NCBI GenBank assembly: GCA_964291495.2
Contig: OZ219871.1
Location: 128,001-192,000, forward strand
Direction: 5' to 3'
Length of the DNA stretch: 64,000 nucleotides
DNA from: Dehalococcoidia bacterium
GTDB lineage: Bacteria; Chloroflexota; Dehalococcoidia; UBA2979
The notes beneath the pieces were generated by a model. That model was not told where the DNA came from. It saw only the letters and a list, made by a program, of their open reading frames with translations, and made no database searches. Positions 49,781 to 58,790 of this stretch are shown here, in pieces. Positions within the stretch are counted from its first letter, which is position 1, and each line of letters begins with the position of its first letter. The position numbers were made by a program, and so were the translations under genes.

Positions 49781-50334
49781 CGGTCGCCGCCGGCGATCGG
49801 CACGGGCTCGGCCGCGAGCGACGCCAGCAGGTCCGGGATGGAGTCGCGGGCCTTCTCGGCGACGGCGTCTTCCCGGATGCCGCCGATCGGGTGCGGGACC
49901 ACGATGTAGCGCAGGTCCGGCATGCCGCGCTGCTCGGCCTCGAGCTTGAACAGGCTGACGAATGCCTCGGTGGTGATGTTGACGGTGGGGATGCCCTGCC
50001 GCTCGAAGAGGATGGAGGCGTGGACACTCCACGCCGTGCAGGAGCCTCAGTCGCTCGATCCGACCAGGGCGAAGTCGGCTCCCTCCACGAGCTTGCGCTC
50101 GTTGCTCTTCGTCGGCGGGCCGGCGCTCGGCTTGCCGATCGTCGTCAGCTCGCCGAGCTCGAAGTGCTCGCGCAAGCCCTCGATCATCTGCCGCATCAGC
50201 AGCCCGGCGTTGGCCTTGCGGTTCTCGACGATGCCGGGCCGCATGCCGTCGAGCGAGGCGGGCAGCGGCGCGAGCGGGTACTGCTCGACGGGCGCGTGGC
50301 CGGTGGGGTCGTAGACCCGGATGGTGTCGCTCAT
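49777..50334 (-). CDS. UGSC-family selenoprotein (Sec at UGA 50049-50047, residue 96 of 185)
   Basis: Read-through gives ...ALVGSSD-U-GSCTAWSVHASILFERQGIPTV...GMPDLRYIVVPHPIGG; SECIS-like hairpin follows the UGA. Confidence 0.88.
50017..50035 (-). other. Bacterial SECIS-like hairpin of the UGSC gene
   Basis: 11 nt after UGA: GGCGUGGA-GUG-UCCACGCC, a perfect 8-bp stem with a G-starting loop. Confidence 0.7.
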
Positions 50335-50363
50335 GGCGGTCCTCCGTAGGCGCGCGTTCGGGA

Positions 50364-50615
50364 TCAGACGCGCGAGTAGATCAGCTCCTTGAGTTCCTCG
50401 ATCTCCGGGAAGCGCCCGCTCTGCATCTTGCTGAAGACCAGTTCGCCGTTCACGGACCACTCGAAGCAGCCGCCGTCGCCGGTGCGCATCTCCAGCTTTC
50501 GGACATCGTCCTGGATGTCGTACATGATCTCGCCGATCATCCACTGCGCGCGGGCGAGGTAGCTGCAGGGCACGCAGTACTCGACCGTGATCTCGACTCC
50601 CTGCTCATCGCTCAT
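50364..50615 (-). CDS. Rdx (SelW/SelT/SelH) family protein, Cys form
   Basis: ITVEYCVPCSY..RA, GDGGCFE..VNGELVFSK...GRFPE. Confidence 0.9.
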   Translation of the reverse strand: MSDEQGVEITVEYCVPCSYLARAQWMIGEIMYDIQDDVRKLEMRTGDGGCFEWSVNGELVFSKMQSGRFPEIEELKELIYSRV

Positions 50616-50842
50616 TGGGCCGCCTCCCTCGGTTCCCGATTCTAGCGCCGCCACCCCGCCGGATCGCACCCGCGCCAGCCGATTCCAGCGTCGGCCCGGT
50701 TTTTTGGCCGTTATGTAGCGTTGGAGTGAAGTCAAGGGTTCGCTCGCCTGCTCGCGGACTGCTAGATTCGTTGAAGACGCGCGTCACGATGCCCATACGT
50801 CGTGTTCGCGAGCCTGCCACACCCGAGCGGGAGGAGTTGCCG

Positions 50843-52009
50843 ATGAGCCTGCGCGGAGCGGCCTCAATCATCGGAATCGGCGAATTGAAGCCGGAACGGC
50901 GCAAGCCCGGACGCACCGGCCCCGGCCTGGCGCAGGAGGCGGCTCGCCTCTGCATCGAGGACTCCGGCCTGCTCAAGGAGCAGGTGGACGGGCTGATCAC
51001 GGAGATCCCGTTCCTCAATACCTGTGAGTTCGCCGAGACACTCGGCATCCAGCCGACCTGGGCGCACGGAGTGAACATGATGGGCTCGTCCGGCCCCACG
51101 TCGGTCGCCATCGCGGCGATGGCGGTCAGAGCCGGGCTCGCCAACAACATCCTCTGCCTGGTCACCTCCGGCGAGGTCGGGGGCTTCGGAGGCGGCGGTG
51201 GCGGCGCCATCGGCGGCCAGTTCCCGCAGTTCGCCGGCCCGTTCGGGCCGGGCCCCGGCGCGAACTTCTGGTACGCGCTGGTCGCCAACCGCTACAAGCA
51301 CGAGTTCGGACTCACCGACGAGGAGCGCGTCGCGATCGCGGTGCAGCAGCGCGAGAACGCGCAGGCCAACCCGGATGCGGCTTTCTACGGCACCCCGGCG
51401 ACCACCGACGACGTGCTGAACTCGCGCATGGTCGCGAACCCGCTGACCCTGCTTGAGTGCGTGATGCCCACGCTCGGCGCGGCGGCCCTGATGGTGAGCC
51501 GCCCCGAGGCCGTCGAGTCCTCCCCGCACGACCCGGTCTACATCCTCGGCGTCGGTCACTCGATGGACCGCGGTGTGCCGGGCATCACCTACGTGGACCG
51601 CATGACGAAGTCCCCGGTCGAGGTCTCCGCCCGCGCGGCCTACAAGATGGCCGGCGTCGGTCCGCAGGACATGGACATGGCCTCGCTCTACGACTGCTAC
51701 ACGATCACGGTGATCATCGAGTTCGAGGACGCCGGCTTCGCCCCGAAGGGCGAGGGCGGCACCTACTTCGCGAACGAGGACGTCACCTACAAGAGCAAGG
51801 GCATTGCCGTGAACACGCACGGCGGCCAGCTCTCCTTCGGCCAGCCCGGCACCGCCGGCGGCATGTCGCACGCCACCGAGGCGGTGCGCCAGCTGATGGG
51901 CCGCGGCGAGGCGCGCCAGAAGGAGCAGATGGACTACTGCTTCGTCAACGGCTGAGGCGGCGGACTGAGCGTGATGTGCTCACTGGTCCTCGGGAAGGAC
52001 CAAGGCTAG
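50843..52009 (+). CDS. Thiolase-superfamily protein with an in-frame UGA (51953-51955), candidate selenoprotein
   Basis: IIGIGE, PLTLLEC, YDCYT, NTHGGQLSFG, EAVRQL.G; read-through adds U-GGGLSVMCSLVLGKDQG, completing the last beta-strand. Confidence 0.8.
51962..51989 (+). other. Candidate SECIS hairpin of the thiolase gene
   Basis: GGAC-UGAGCG-UGAUG-UGCUCA-CUG-GUCC; apical loop starts 16 nt after the UGA with G at position 2. Confidence 0.55.
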
Positions 52010-52085
52010 CCACCTCGAACCGAAGCACCGGAGCCCGCTGCCTCGCGGCAGTGGGCGACGGGAGCAGCAGAGGGGGATGGGAACG

Positions 52086-52508
52086 ATGGCCGACGAAGGC
52101 CCAAAGCGGCCCGTACCGCAGGCGAACGCACTGACCGAGCCCTTCTGGGAGGCGACGAGGGAGGAGCGGCTCACGGTCCAGCGCTGCAACGCCTGCAGCC
52201 GGCTGTTCTGGTACCCGCGCGAGTTCTGCCCGCTCCCGCACTGCTTCTCCAACGACTACGAGTGGGTGGAGGTGAGCGGCAAGGGACGGCTGCACACCTT
52301 CACGATCATCGCCCAGGCCCAGGACGCCTGGTTCCAGGAGCGCGTGCCCTACATCTTCGGCGTGATCCAGCTCGACGAGGGCCTGCGCATGATGGGCAAC
52401 GTCGACATCCCGGTCGAAGAGGCCGTCTGCGACCTGCCCGTCGAGGTCTACTTCGAGAAGATCGACGACGAGTGGACGCTGCCGCAGTGGAGGCCGATCG
52501 CCTCGTAG
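52086..52508 (+). CDS. Zn-ribbon/OB-fold (DUF35) acyl-CoA-binding thiolase partner
   Basis: PFWEA, QRCNAC...YPREFCP..HC, SGKGRLHTFT, QLDEG.RM. Confidence 0.9.
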   Translation: MADEGPKRPVPQANALTEPFWEATREERLTVQRCNACSRLFWYPREFCPLPHCFSNDYEWVEVSGKGRLHTFTIIAQAQDAWFQERVPYIFGVIQLDEGLRMMGNVDIPVEEAVCDLPVEVYFEKIDDEWTLPQWRPIAS

Positions 52509-52644
52509 CCCCGGCGACAGCGCGGCACAGCCAGCGGGCGCGCTTCGGGCGCGCCCGCTTCGCGTCCGGCGCCCGCCGCGCCAGCGAGCGCCGTGCGCGG
52601 TACCCTGACCAACGCGCAAGAGCGACTGCGGACGGAGCGGCAGC

Positions 52645-53688
52645 GTGGCGATCACCCTCGGCGTCCTCGACCAGTCGCCTATCCGCCAGGGCGGCACCCC
52701 CGCCGAGGCGATCGAGGAGACGCTGCAGCTCGCCCAGGCGACCGAGCGGCTCGGCTACACGCGCTACTGGCTGGCGGAGCACCACAACAGCAGCGGACTC
52801 GCCTGCGCCGCCCCGGAGATCCTGATCCCGCGCGTCGCCTCGGTGACCTCGCGCATCCGCGTCGGCTCCGGCGGCGTGATGCTGCCGCACTACTCGTCAC
52901 TCAAGGTGGCCGAGCAGTTTCGCATGCTCGAGACGATGTTCCCGGGCCGCATCGACCTCGGGCTGGGCCGCGCGCCGGGGACGGACGGCCGCACCTCGGC
53001 GGCGCTCGCGCAGGGGCCGGGCATGCGCAACGTCGAGCACTACCCGCGCCAGGTCGCCGACCTGATGCGGCTGCTCCGCGACGAGCTGCCCGAGGGCCAC
53101 CCGCTGACCGGCATCCACGCCCAGCCGCGAGGCGAGAGCGTGCCGACCCCGTGGCTGCTGGGCTCCTCGCTGGACAGCGCCAGCACGGCGGCGGAGCAGG
53201 GGCTGCCCTTCTCCTTCGCGCACTTCATCCACGCCGAGTGGGCCGGCGAGGCGATCACGCTCTACCGGCGCCTCTTCCGCCCCTCGCAGTGGCTCGACGA
53301 GCCGCTCGTCAATGCCGGCGTCTCCGCGCTCTGCGCCGAGACGGACGAGGAGGCCGAGCGGCTGGCGATGAGCCGCTGGCTGTGGCGCCTCCGCAACCGC
53401 CAGGGCCTGCGCATCGGCGTGCCACCCCCCGACGACCCCGAGGCCGAGCGCCTCTCCCAGCCGGAACGCGACTTCATCGAGTACCAGAAGCAGACCAGCC
53501 TCGTCGGCGGACCGCAGCGCCTGCGCGATCGCCTCGAGGCGCTCGCCCTGGAGCTCGAGGTCGACGAGTTCGTGGTCGTGACGATCACCTACAGCTACAA
53601 GGACCGGCTGCGCTCCTACGAGCTGCTGGCCGAGGAGTTCGGACTGAGCGGAACGAACGGCGCGGGAAAGGACGATGGCGATGCGTGA
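52645..53688 (+). CDS. LLM-class flavin-dependent oxidoreductase
   Basis: LDQSP, YWLAEHH, RVGSGGVMLPHYS.LKVAE, GRIDLGLGRAPG. Confidence 0.9.
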   Translation: MAITLGVLDQSPIRQGGTPAEAIEETLQLAQATERLGYTRYWLAEHHNSSGLACAAPEILIPRVASVTSRIRVGSGGVMLPHYSSLKVAEQFRMLETMFPGRIDLGLGRAPGTDGRTSAALAQGPGMRNVEHYPRQVADLMRLLRDELPEGHPLTGIHAQPRGESVPTPWLLGSSLDSASTAAEQGLPFSFAHFIHAEWAGEAITLYRRLFRPSQWLDEPLVNAGVSALCAETDEEAERLAMSRWLWRLRNRQGLRIGVPPPDDPEAERLSQPERDFIEYQKQTSLVGGPQRLRDRLEALALELEVDEFVVVTITYSYKDRLRSYELLAEEFGLSGTNGAGKDDGDA

Positions 53689-54550
53689 CCTCGGAGGCCG
53701 CGTGGCGGTGGTGACGGGTGGCGGCAGCGGGATCGGGCGCGGCATCTGCCTCGCCGCGGCGGAGCAGGGCATGCACGTCGTCGTTACGGACATCGAGGGC
53801 GACGCCGCCGAGGAGACGGCGGCGCTCGTGCGGGACCACGGCGTGCAGAGCCTCGGCGTCGCCGCCGACGTCTCCAACCCCGCCTCGGTCGAGGCGCTGG
53901 CCGACGCGGCCTACGGCGAGTTCGGGGCCGTCGACGTGCTGTTCAACAACGCCGGCGTGCTCGTCTTCGGGCCGACCGCGGAGATGCCGGCGAGCGACCT
54001 CGACTGGATGCTCGCCGTGAACCTCTACGGCGTGCTCAACGGCATCCAGGTGTTCGTGCCGCGCATGCGGGAGCAGGAGCCGGACGAGGACGGCACGCGC
54101 GCCCAGATCGTCAACACCTCCTCGATGTCCGGGCTCGTGGCGGGGCGCGGCGGCGGCAACCTCGGCGGCTACGTCGCCTCCAAGTTCGCCGTCGTCGGCA
54201 TGACCGAATCGCTGCGGCTGGAGCTGGCGCCCGAGGGAATCGACGTGACGCTGTTCTGCCCCGGCGCGACGCACACGCGCATCGGCGAGGCGCAGCGCAA
54301 CCGCCAGGAGGCGTATGGCCCGGCTCGCGAGATTCCCGAGCCGATCATCGCGCAGCGCGCGGCCCCGCGCGATCCGAGCCGATCGCCGGACGCGCGGCGC
54401 GACCCGCTGGTCGTCGGCCGCGCGGTCCTCGAGGGCGTGCGCGAGCGTCGTGCCTACATCCTGACCCACACGGAGACGCGACCCGTCGTCGCGAGGCGCT
54501 TCGAGCACATCGCCGAGGGCTACGACCAGGCCGAGCGCTCCGCCGGGTAG
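53681..54550 (+). CDS. SDR oxidoreductase
   Basis: TGGGSGIG, NNAGV, NTSS, YVASK. Confidence 0.9.
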   Translation: MRDLGGRVAVVTGGGSGIGRGICLAAAEQGMHVVVTDIEGDAAEETAALVRDHGVQSLGVAADVSNPASVEALADAAYGEFGAVDVLFNNAGVLVFGPTAEMPASDLDWMLAVNLYGVLNGIQVFVPRMREQEPDEDGTRAQIVNTSSMSGLVAGRGGGNLGGYVASKFAVVGMTESLRLELAPEGIDVTLFCPGATHTRIGEAQRNRQEAYGPAREIPEPIIAQRAAPRDPSRSPDARRDPLVVGRAVLEGVRERRAYILTHTETRPVVARRFEHIAEGYDQAERSAG

Positions 54551-54575
54551 CCCCGCGCCGCCCTCGCGGAGCGGG

Positions 54576-55511
54576 CTAGAGCACCGCGATCGGGTTGACC
54601 GGCGAGCCGGTGCCGCGCGGCACGACAAGCGGTGCGACCACCAGCATGAACTCCCAGCGCCCCGCCTCCGCGCAGGCCTCGGCGATGTCCTCGAGCTGCG
54701 CGTTGTCCAGCAGCGGCATGCCGAGGTAGGGGATCGTGAGGCGGTGCAGCGGCGCGCCCATCAGCACCGAGCCGTCCTCGTTATGCATCGGCGCGTCCAT
54801 CAGGTCCCAGACCAGCAGCGAGGCGTCCGTGGCGTGGAAGAACTCGAGGCACGAGGCGTGCACACCCGGGCGCGAGGGGTCGTCGTAGCCCGTCGGGAAG
54901 CCGGGGTGGGCAGCGTAGAACGGGCCCGCGCCGGAGCGGATGACGACGGCGTCCCCTGCTCGCGGCTCGATGCCCGCAGCCGCGGCGGCGTCGGCCAGCT
55001 CCCAGCCCTGCACCGGCTCCTTGCGCGTCACGAAGTCGACGCCGCGCAGGCGAGGGATGTCGTAGAGCACCCCGCGCGTCACGATGCCCTCGCGCCAGTG
55101 GTCGACGGAGAGCGTGGTCGCGCCCTCGGGGGTGATGTGCTCGGCGGACGAGTGGCCGCCGAACAGCTCGCCGCCGGCGCGCGTGTAGACGTGGCAGAGC
55201 GCGTCGAGGTGGGTGTTCGCGCGCCCGTGGTAGGCGATGCCGATGAAGTCCGAGCAGTGGTCGGCGTCGAGCCGCATCTCGTGCTGGACCGGCTCGGGAT
55301 TCTCCGGCCCGGCCTCCATCGCCAGCGGATAGGAGAGCGAGACCGAGCGCCCCTCACGCACGGTGGCGGCGGCCGCCGCGCGCGCCTCGGGGGTGATCAG
55401 GTTGAGCGCGCCGAACTGGTCGTCCTCGCCCCAGCGGCCCCAGTTGCTGAAGCGCTCGCGGTAGGCGCGAAACTCGTCGGCTGTCGGCGGCGTCCGGTCT
55501 GCGAGGGACAT
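54576..55511 (-). CDS. Cyclase (kynurenine formamidase-like) metal hydrolase
   Basis: NWGRWGEDDQ.G.LN, HGRANTHLDALCH, GTGSPVNPIA. Confidence 0.88.
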   Translation of the reverse strand: MSLADRTPPTADEFRAYRERFSNWGRWGEDDQFGALNLITPEARAAAAATVREGRSVSLSYPLAMEAGPENPEPVQHEMRLDADHCSDFIGIAYHGRANTHLDALCHVYTRAGGELFGGHSSAEHITPEGATTLSVDHWREGIVTRGVLYDIPRLRGVDFVTRKEPVQGWELADAAAAAGIEPRAGDAVVIRSGAGPFYAAHPGFPTGYDDPSRPGVHASCLEFFHATDASLLVWDLMDAPMHNEDGSVLMGAPLHRLTIPYLGMPLLDNAQLEDIAEACAEAGRWEFMLVVAPLVVPRGTGSPVNPIAVL

Positions 55512-55555
55512 CGAGGGCTCCTCTCCGCTCGGCGCGGGCTGGTCGCGCGGGGAGC

Positions 55556-56437
55556 TTAGCCGACCTCGAGCGGCAGCGACGGATCGGCGGCGTATTCGGA
55601 CATCGAGGCGTCGTAGACCGCGACGTTCTCGTAGCCGAGCAGCGCGAGCACGAAGGCGTCGTTGGAGGCGGCGATGCCGCCGCCGCAGTACGTGACCACG
55701 CGCTGCGTCCGGTCCGCACCCGCCTGCTCGAAGAGCGACGCCAGCTCCTCGGCCGGCCGGTAGCGGCCGGTCTCGGGATCGAGCAGCTGCCCCGCCGGCA
55801 CGTTGGTCGCGCCGGGGATGTGCCCGGGACGCCCGTAGACCCCTCCGCCGTCGGCGCCGGAGTGCTGGTCCGGCCCCAGCGCGTTGATCAGGCAGCTCCC
55901 GCCCGCGCCGCCCGCATCGAGGAACGCCCGGACCTCGGCGAGGTCGGCGAAGCGCGCCGGATCGGTGGTCGGCGTGAACGTCGAGGGCTCGTACGTCGCC
56001 GGCTCCGTGGAGACGGCGCGGCCCTCGGCGGTCCAGCGGCGCCAGCCGCCGTCCAGCACCGCCGCGCCCTCGCAGCCCATCGAGCGGAACATCCACCACA
56101 GCCGCGCCGCCCACGCCGACCCCGCGCGGTCGTAGAGGACCAGCCTCGACGACTCCGAGATGCCGTGCCGCCCGGCCGCCTCGGCGAACGCCTCGGCCGA
56201 GGGCATCATGAAGCGCAGCTGCTGATCGTTGTCGGAGAAGTCCGCTTGCAGGTCGAGGAAGCCCGCGCCGGGTATGTGCCCCGACTCGTACTCGCCCCGG
56301 CCAGACTCGACGTGGTACCCACCGCCCTCGCGGAGCCGCAGGAAGACGGTCGCCTCGAAGACGCGCACATCGTCATCGTCGCGGTGCTCCGCCAACCAAT
56401 CGGTCGTCACGAGGAACTCCGGATGCGCGAACGCCAT
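55556..56437 (-). CDS. Two-domain sulfurtransferase (SseA/MST-like)
   Basis: GHIPGA twice, AARLWW, LDGG, YCGGGIAA, YDASMSEY. Confidence 0.9.
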   Translation of the reverse strand: MAFAHPEFLVTTDWLAEHRDDDDVRVFEATVFLRLREGGGYHVESGRGEYESGHIPGAGFLDLQADFSDNDQQLRFMMPSAEAFAEAAGRHGISESSRLVLYDRAGSAWAARLWWMFRSMGCEGAAVLDGGWRRWTAEGRAVSTEPATYEPSTFTPTTDPARFADLAEVRAFLDAGGAGGSCLINALGPDQHSGADGGGVYGRPGHIPGATNVPAGQLLDPETGRYRPAEELASLFEQAGADRTQRVVTYCGGGIAASNDAFVLALLGYENVAVYDASMSEYAADPSLPLEVG

Positions 56438-56469
56438 GACCAACCCCCAAACACGGCCCCGACGGGCCG

Positions 56470-56898
56470 CTACCCGTCGCCCGTCTCTCCTGCCTCCTCG
56501 GCCTCGCCGGCGATTTCGGCGAGCCGCTGGCCGATAGCGACGCTCGCGGTGTCGACAGCGGTGAGCTGGATCCAGCGCTCGAACGCCTCGCGCACGCGCG
56601 TGTAGGCCGCCTCGACACGCTCGCCGAGCTCCGTGTCGGCCCCGCTCTCGACCGCCCCGCGCGCCATCGCGAGGTCGTTGAGCAGCGTCTCAAGGCGTGG
56701 CTCGAGCGACTCCTGGAGATCGTGCAGCTCCTCGTCGCCCTCGGCGTGGCCGCGGTCGCGCATGATCGCGAGCGCGCCCATCACCCAGGCGATCGCGCCG
56801 AGCAGCGTGCCCACGCCCTCCGCGTGCAGCTGCAGCGCGTACTGCCGCTCGGGCGGCGGTTCCGAGGGCAGGCCGGGCGGCGGAGGCTGCTGGGTCAT
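56470..56898 (-). CDS. Hypothetical protein
   Basis: ATG overlaps the ROK stop; host-like codon use, helical sequence. Confidence 0.6.
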   Translation of the reverse strand: MTQQPPPPGLPSEPPPERQYALQLHAEGVGTLLGAIAWVMGALAIMRDRGHAEGDEELHDLQESLEPRLETLLNDLAMARGAVESGADTELGERVEAAYTRVREAFERWIQLTAVDTASVAIGQRLAEIAGEAEEAGETGDG

Positions 56899-57710
56899 GG
56901 CTTGCGTTCTCCCTCGTAGGCCAGCGTCGTCGCCATGCGCAGCGCGCCGGCCAGCGCCGCGCCCTCGCCAAGCCCCGAGGCGACGACGCGCGGGCCGGGC
57001 GCCACCTCGTCGAGGACGCGCTGCAGCAGCGGAATCAGGCGGCTGCGATGGTGCTCCTCGCCCTCGATCAGCACCGCGTCGGGGTCGAGCAGCGCGCTCG
57101 CGTCGGCGAGCAGGCCGGATGCGGTCTCGAGCTCCTCGTCGCTGATCGGCTGTCCCGGCGTGAGCTCGGGCATCGCCGGCAGCTGGCCGGCAGCGAAGCG
57201 CGTGCCGCGCACGGGCCGCCCGCCGGCGACCGCCGCGGCGGCGGGCACGCCGCGCAGCGAGACGTAGAGCACGTCGTCGAGGGCCTGCGCGGCGCCGTGC
57301 CAGCGCTCGCCCTGCAGCGCGGCCAGCGTGCGGCCCTCGCACGCGATCGGCGCGTCGAAGTGCCGCCGCAGCGCCTCGACGATCGAGAGGCCTACCCACC
57401 CCGGCTGCCCCGCCGAGTCCACGAGGCGCCCGCTCAGGGGGTCGACGACGCCTGGCGCGGCGACGGCGATCGCGAGCGCGGAGCGGCGCTCGCCATTGGC
57501 GGCGAACAGGGTCGCGATGCGCCCGCCCACCTCCCACGACCAGGCCTGCTCGTCGGCGAGCGGCGGCAGCGGCCAATCGCCGCGCTCGACGGGTGTGCCC
57601 TGCAGGTCGCTGAACAGCACGCGCAGTTCGTTGGCGGTGAAGTCCACTGCCACCAGCACCGGATCGCCCTCGGGAGCGGGCGCGCCGTCGTCTGTCGTTT
57701 CGTCAGCCAT
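56895..57710 (-). CDS. ROK family protein (degenerate)
   Basis: VAVDF...DLQG, AVAAPGVVDP, GERWHGAA, AGQL, LDPDAVLI, AALAGA. Confidence 0.75.
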   Translation of the reverse strand: MADETTDDGAPAPEGDPVLVAVDFTANELRVLFSDLQGTPVERGDWPLPPLADEQAWSWEVGGRIATLFAANGERRSALAIAVAAPGVVDPLSGRLVDSAGQPGWVGLSIVEALRRHFDAPIACEGRTLAALQGERWHGAAQALDDVLYVSLRGVPAAAAVAGGRPVRGTRFAAGQLPAMPELTPGQPISDEELETASGLLADASALLDPDAVLIEGEEHHRSRLIPLLQRVLDEVAPGPRVVASGLGEGAALAGALRMATTLAYEGERKP

Positions 57711-57827
57711 CCCGGCGACTCTACGACGCAGCGAGGCGCTGCGACAGCCCGCGGCGCCCCGTAGCCGGGGCCGCGCGTAGACTCGCAGCGCAGCGGGAGA
57801 AACGTCCCGCACCGGGGAGGATGCCGC

Positions 57828-58667
57828 GTGCTGCTCCAGCTCGGCGAGCACCGCATCGACACGAGCGAGCGCGCCGCGATCATGGCGATCCTCAACGTCT
57901 CCCGCGACTCGCCAATCGCCGCCTCCGTCGTCGACCCCTCGAAGGCGCTCGCACGGGCGCTGGAGCTGCGCGAGCAGGGCGCCGCGATCATCGACGTCGG
58001 CGCGCACTCGACCTCATCCAGAGCCGCGGAGATCGCGGCGCAGGAGGAGATCGAGCGCCTCGCGCCGGTGATCGAGGCACTGAGCGGCGAGGGCGTCCCC
58101 GTCTCGGTCGACACCTGGACGCCCTCGGTCGCCCGCGCCGCCGCCGAGGCAGGCGCGCACCTGCTCAACGACGTCACGGGCTTCCGCGACCCGGAGATGG
58201 TCGCCGTGGCCGCCGAGCACGGCCTGCCGGGCGTCGTCATGCACATGCGCGGCCGTCCGCACGGCCACTACGAGGTGGACCAGACCTACGACGACATCGC
58301 CGGCGAGGTGCGCGGCTTCCTGCTGGAGCGCGCGAGCGCCCTCGAGGCCGCCGGCGCGCCGCGCCCGTGGCTCGACCCCGGCTTCGAGTTCGCGAAGTCG
58401 CTCGACGACAACTTGCGGCTGCTCGGCGACCTGCCGGCGCTCGCCGCGGAGGGCTACCCGCTGCTCGTCTCCGCCTCGCGCAAGGGGTTCCTCGCGGAGG
58501 CGCTGGGGCACACCAAGCGTCAGGACGCGCCCGGCCTGCTGGAGGCCACGCTCGCCTTCCACACGCTGGCCGCCGCCCTCGGCGCCCACGTCATCCGCGC
58601 CCACGACGTCGAGGCACACGCCCACGCCCTGCGGCTCGTGGGTGCCGCGCGGCCGTTTCTTGGGTGA
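57828..58667 (+). CDS. folP: Dihydropteroate synthase
   Basis: IMAILNVSRDS, IIDVGAHST, SVDT, LNDVTG, DPGFEFAK, SRKGF, IRAHDV. Confidence 0.88.
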   Translation: MLLQLGEHRIDTSERAAIMAILNVSRDSPIAASVVDPSKALARALELREQGAAIIDVGAHSTSSRAAEIAAQEEIERLAPVIEALSGEGVPVSVDTWTPSVARAAAEAGAHLLNDVTGFRDPEMVAVAAEHGLPGVVMHMRGRPHGHYEVDQTYDDIAGEVRGFLLERASALEAAGAPRPWLDPGFEFAKSLDDNLRLLGDLPALAAEGYPLLVSASRKGFLAEALGHTKRQDAPGLLEATLAFHTLAAALGAHVIRAHDVEAHAHALRLVGAARPFLG

Positions 58668-58687
58668 GGCGGGGCGGTAGGGCTGCG
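58663..58687 (+). repeat. 25-bp direct repeat, left copy (folP stop region)
   Basis: ggtgaggcggggcggtagggctgcg is identical at 59526-59550. Confidence 0.9.
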
Positions 58688-58790
58688 GTTGCGGAAGGTC
58701 GCGTGATTCGATCCCCGGGAGGCCGCCTCCTCCAGATCGAGTCTCGGCTATGCTCGGAACCAACTCTGGCTGAGCGCTCTAGGGGGCCAC

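Noticed and set aside
50364-50615. Rdx/SelW protein as a selenoprotein
   Set aside because: The motif is encoded TGC-GTG-CCC-TGC (CVPC); there is no UGA
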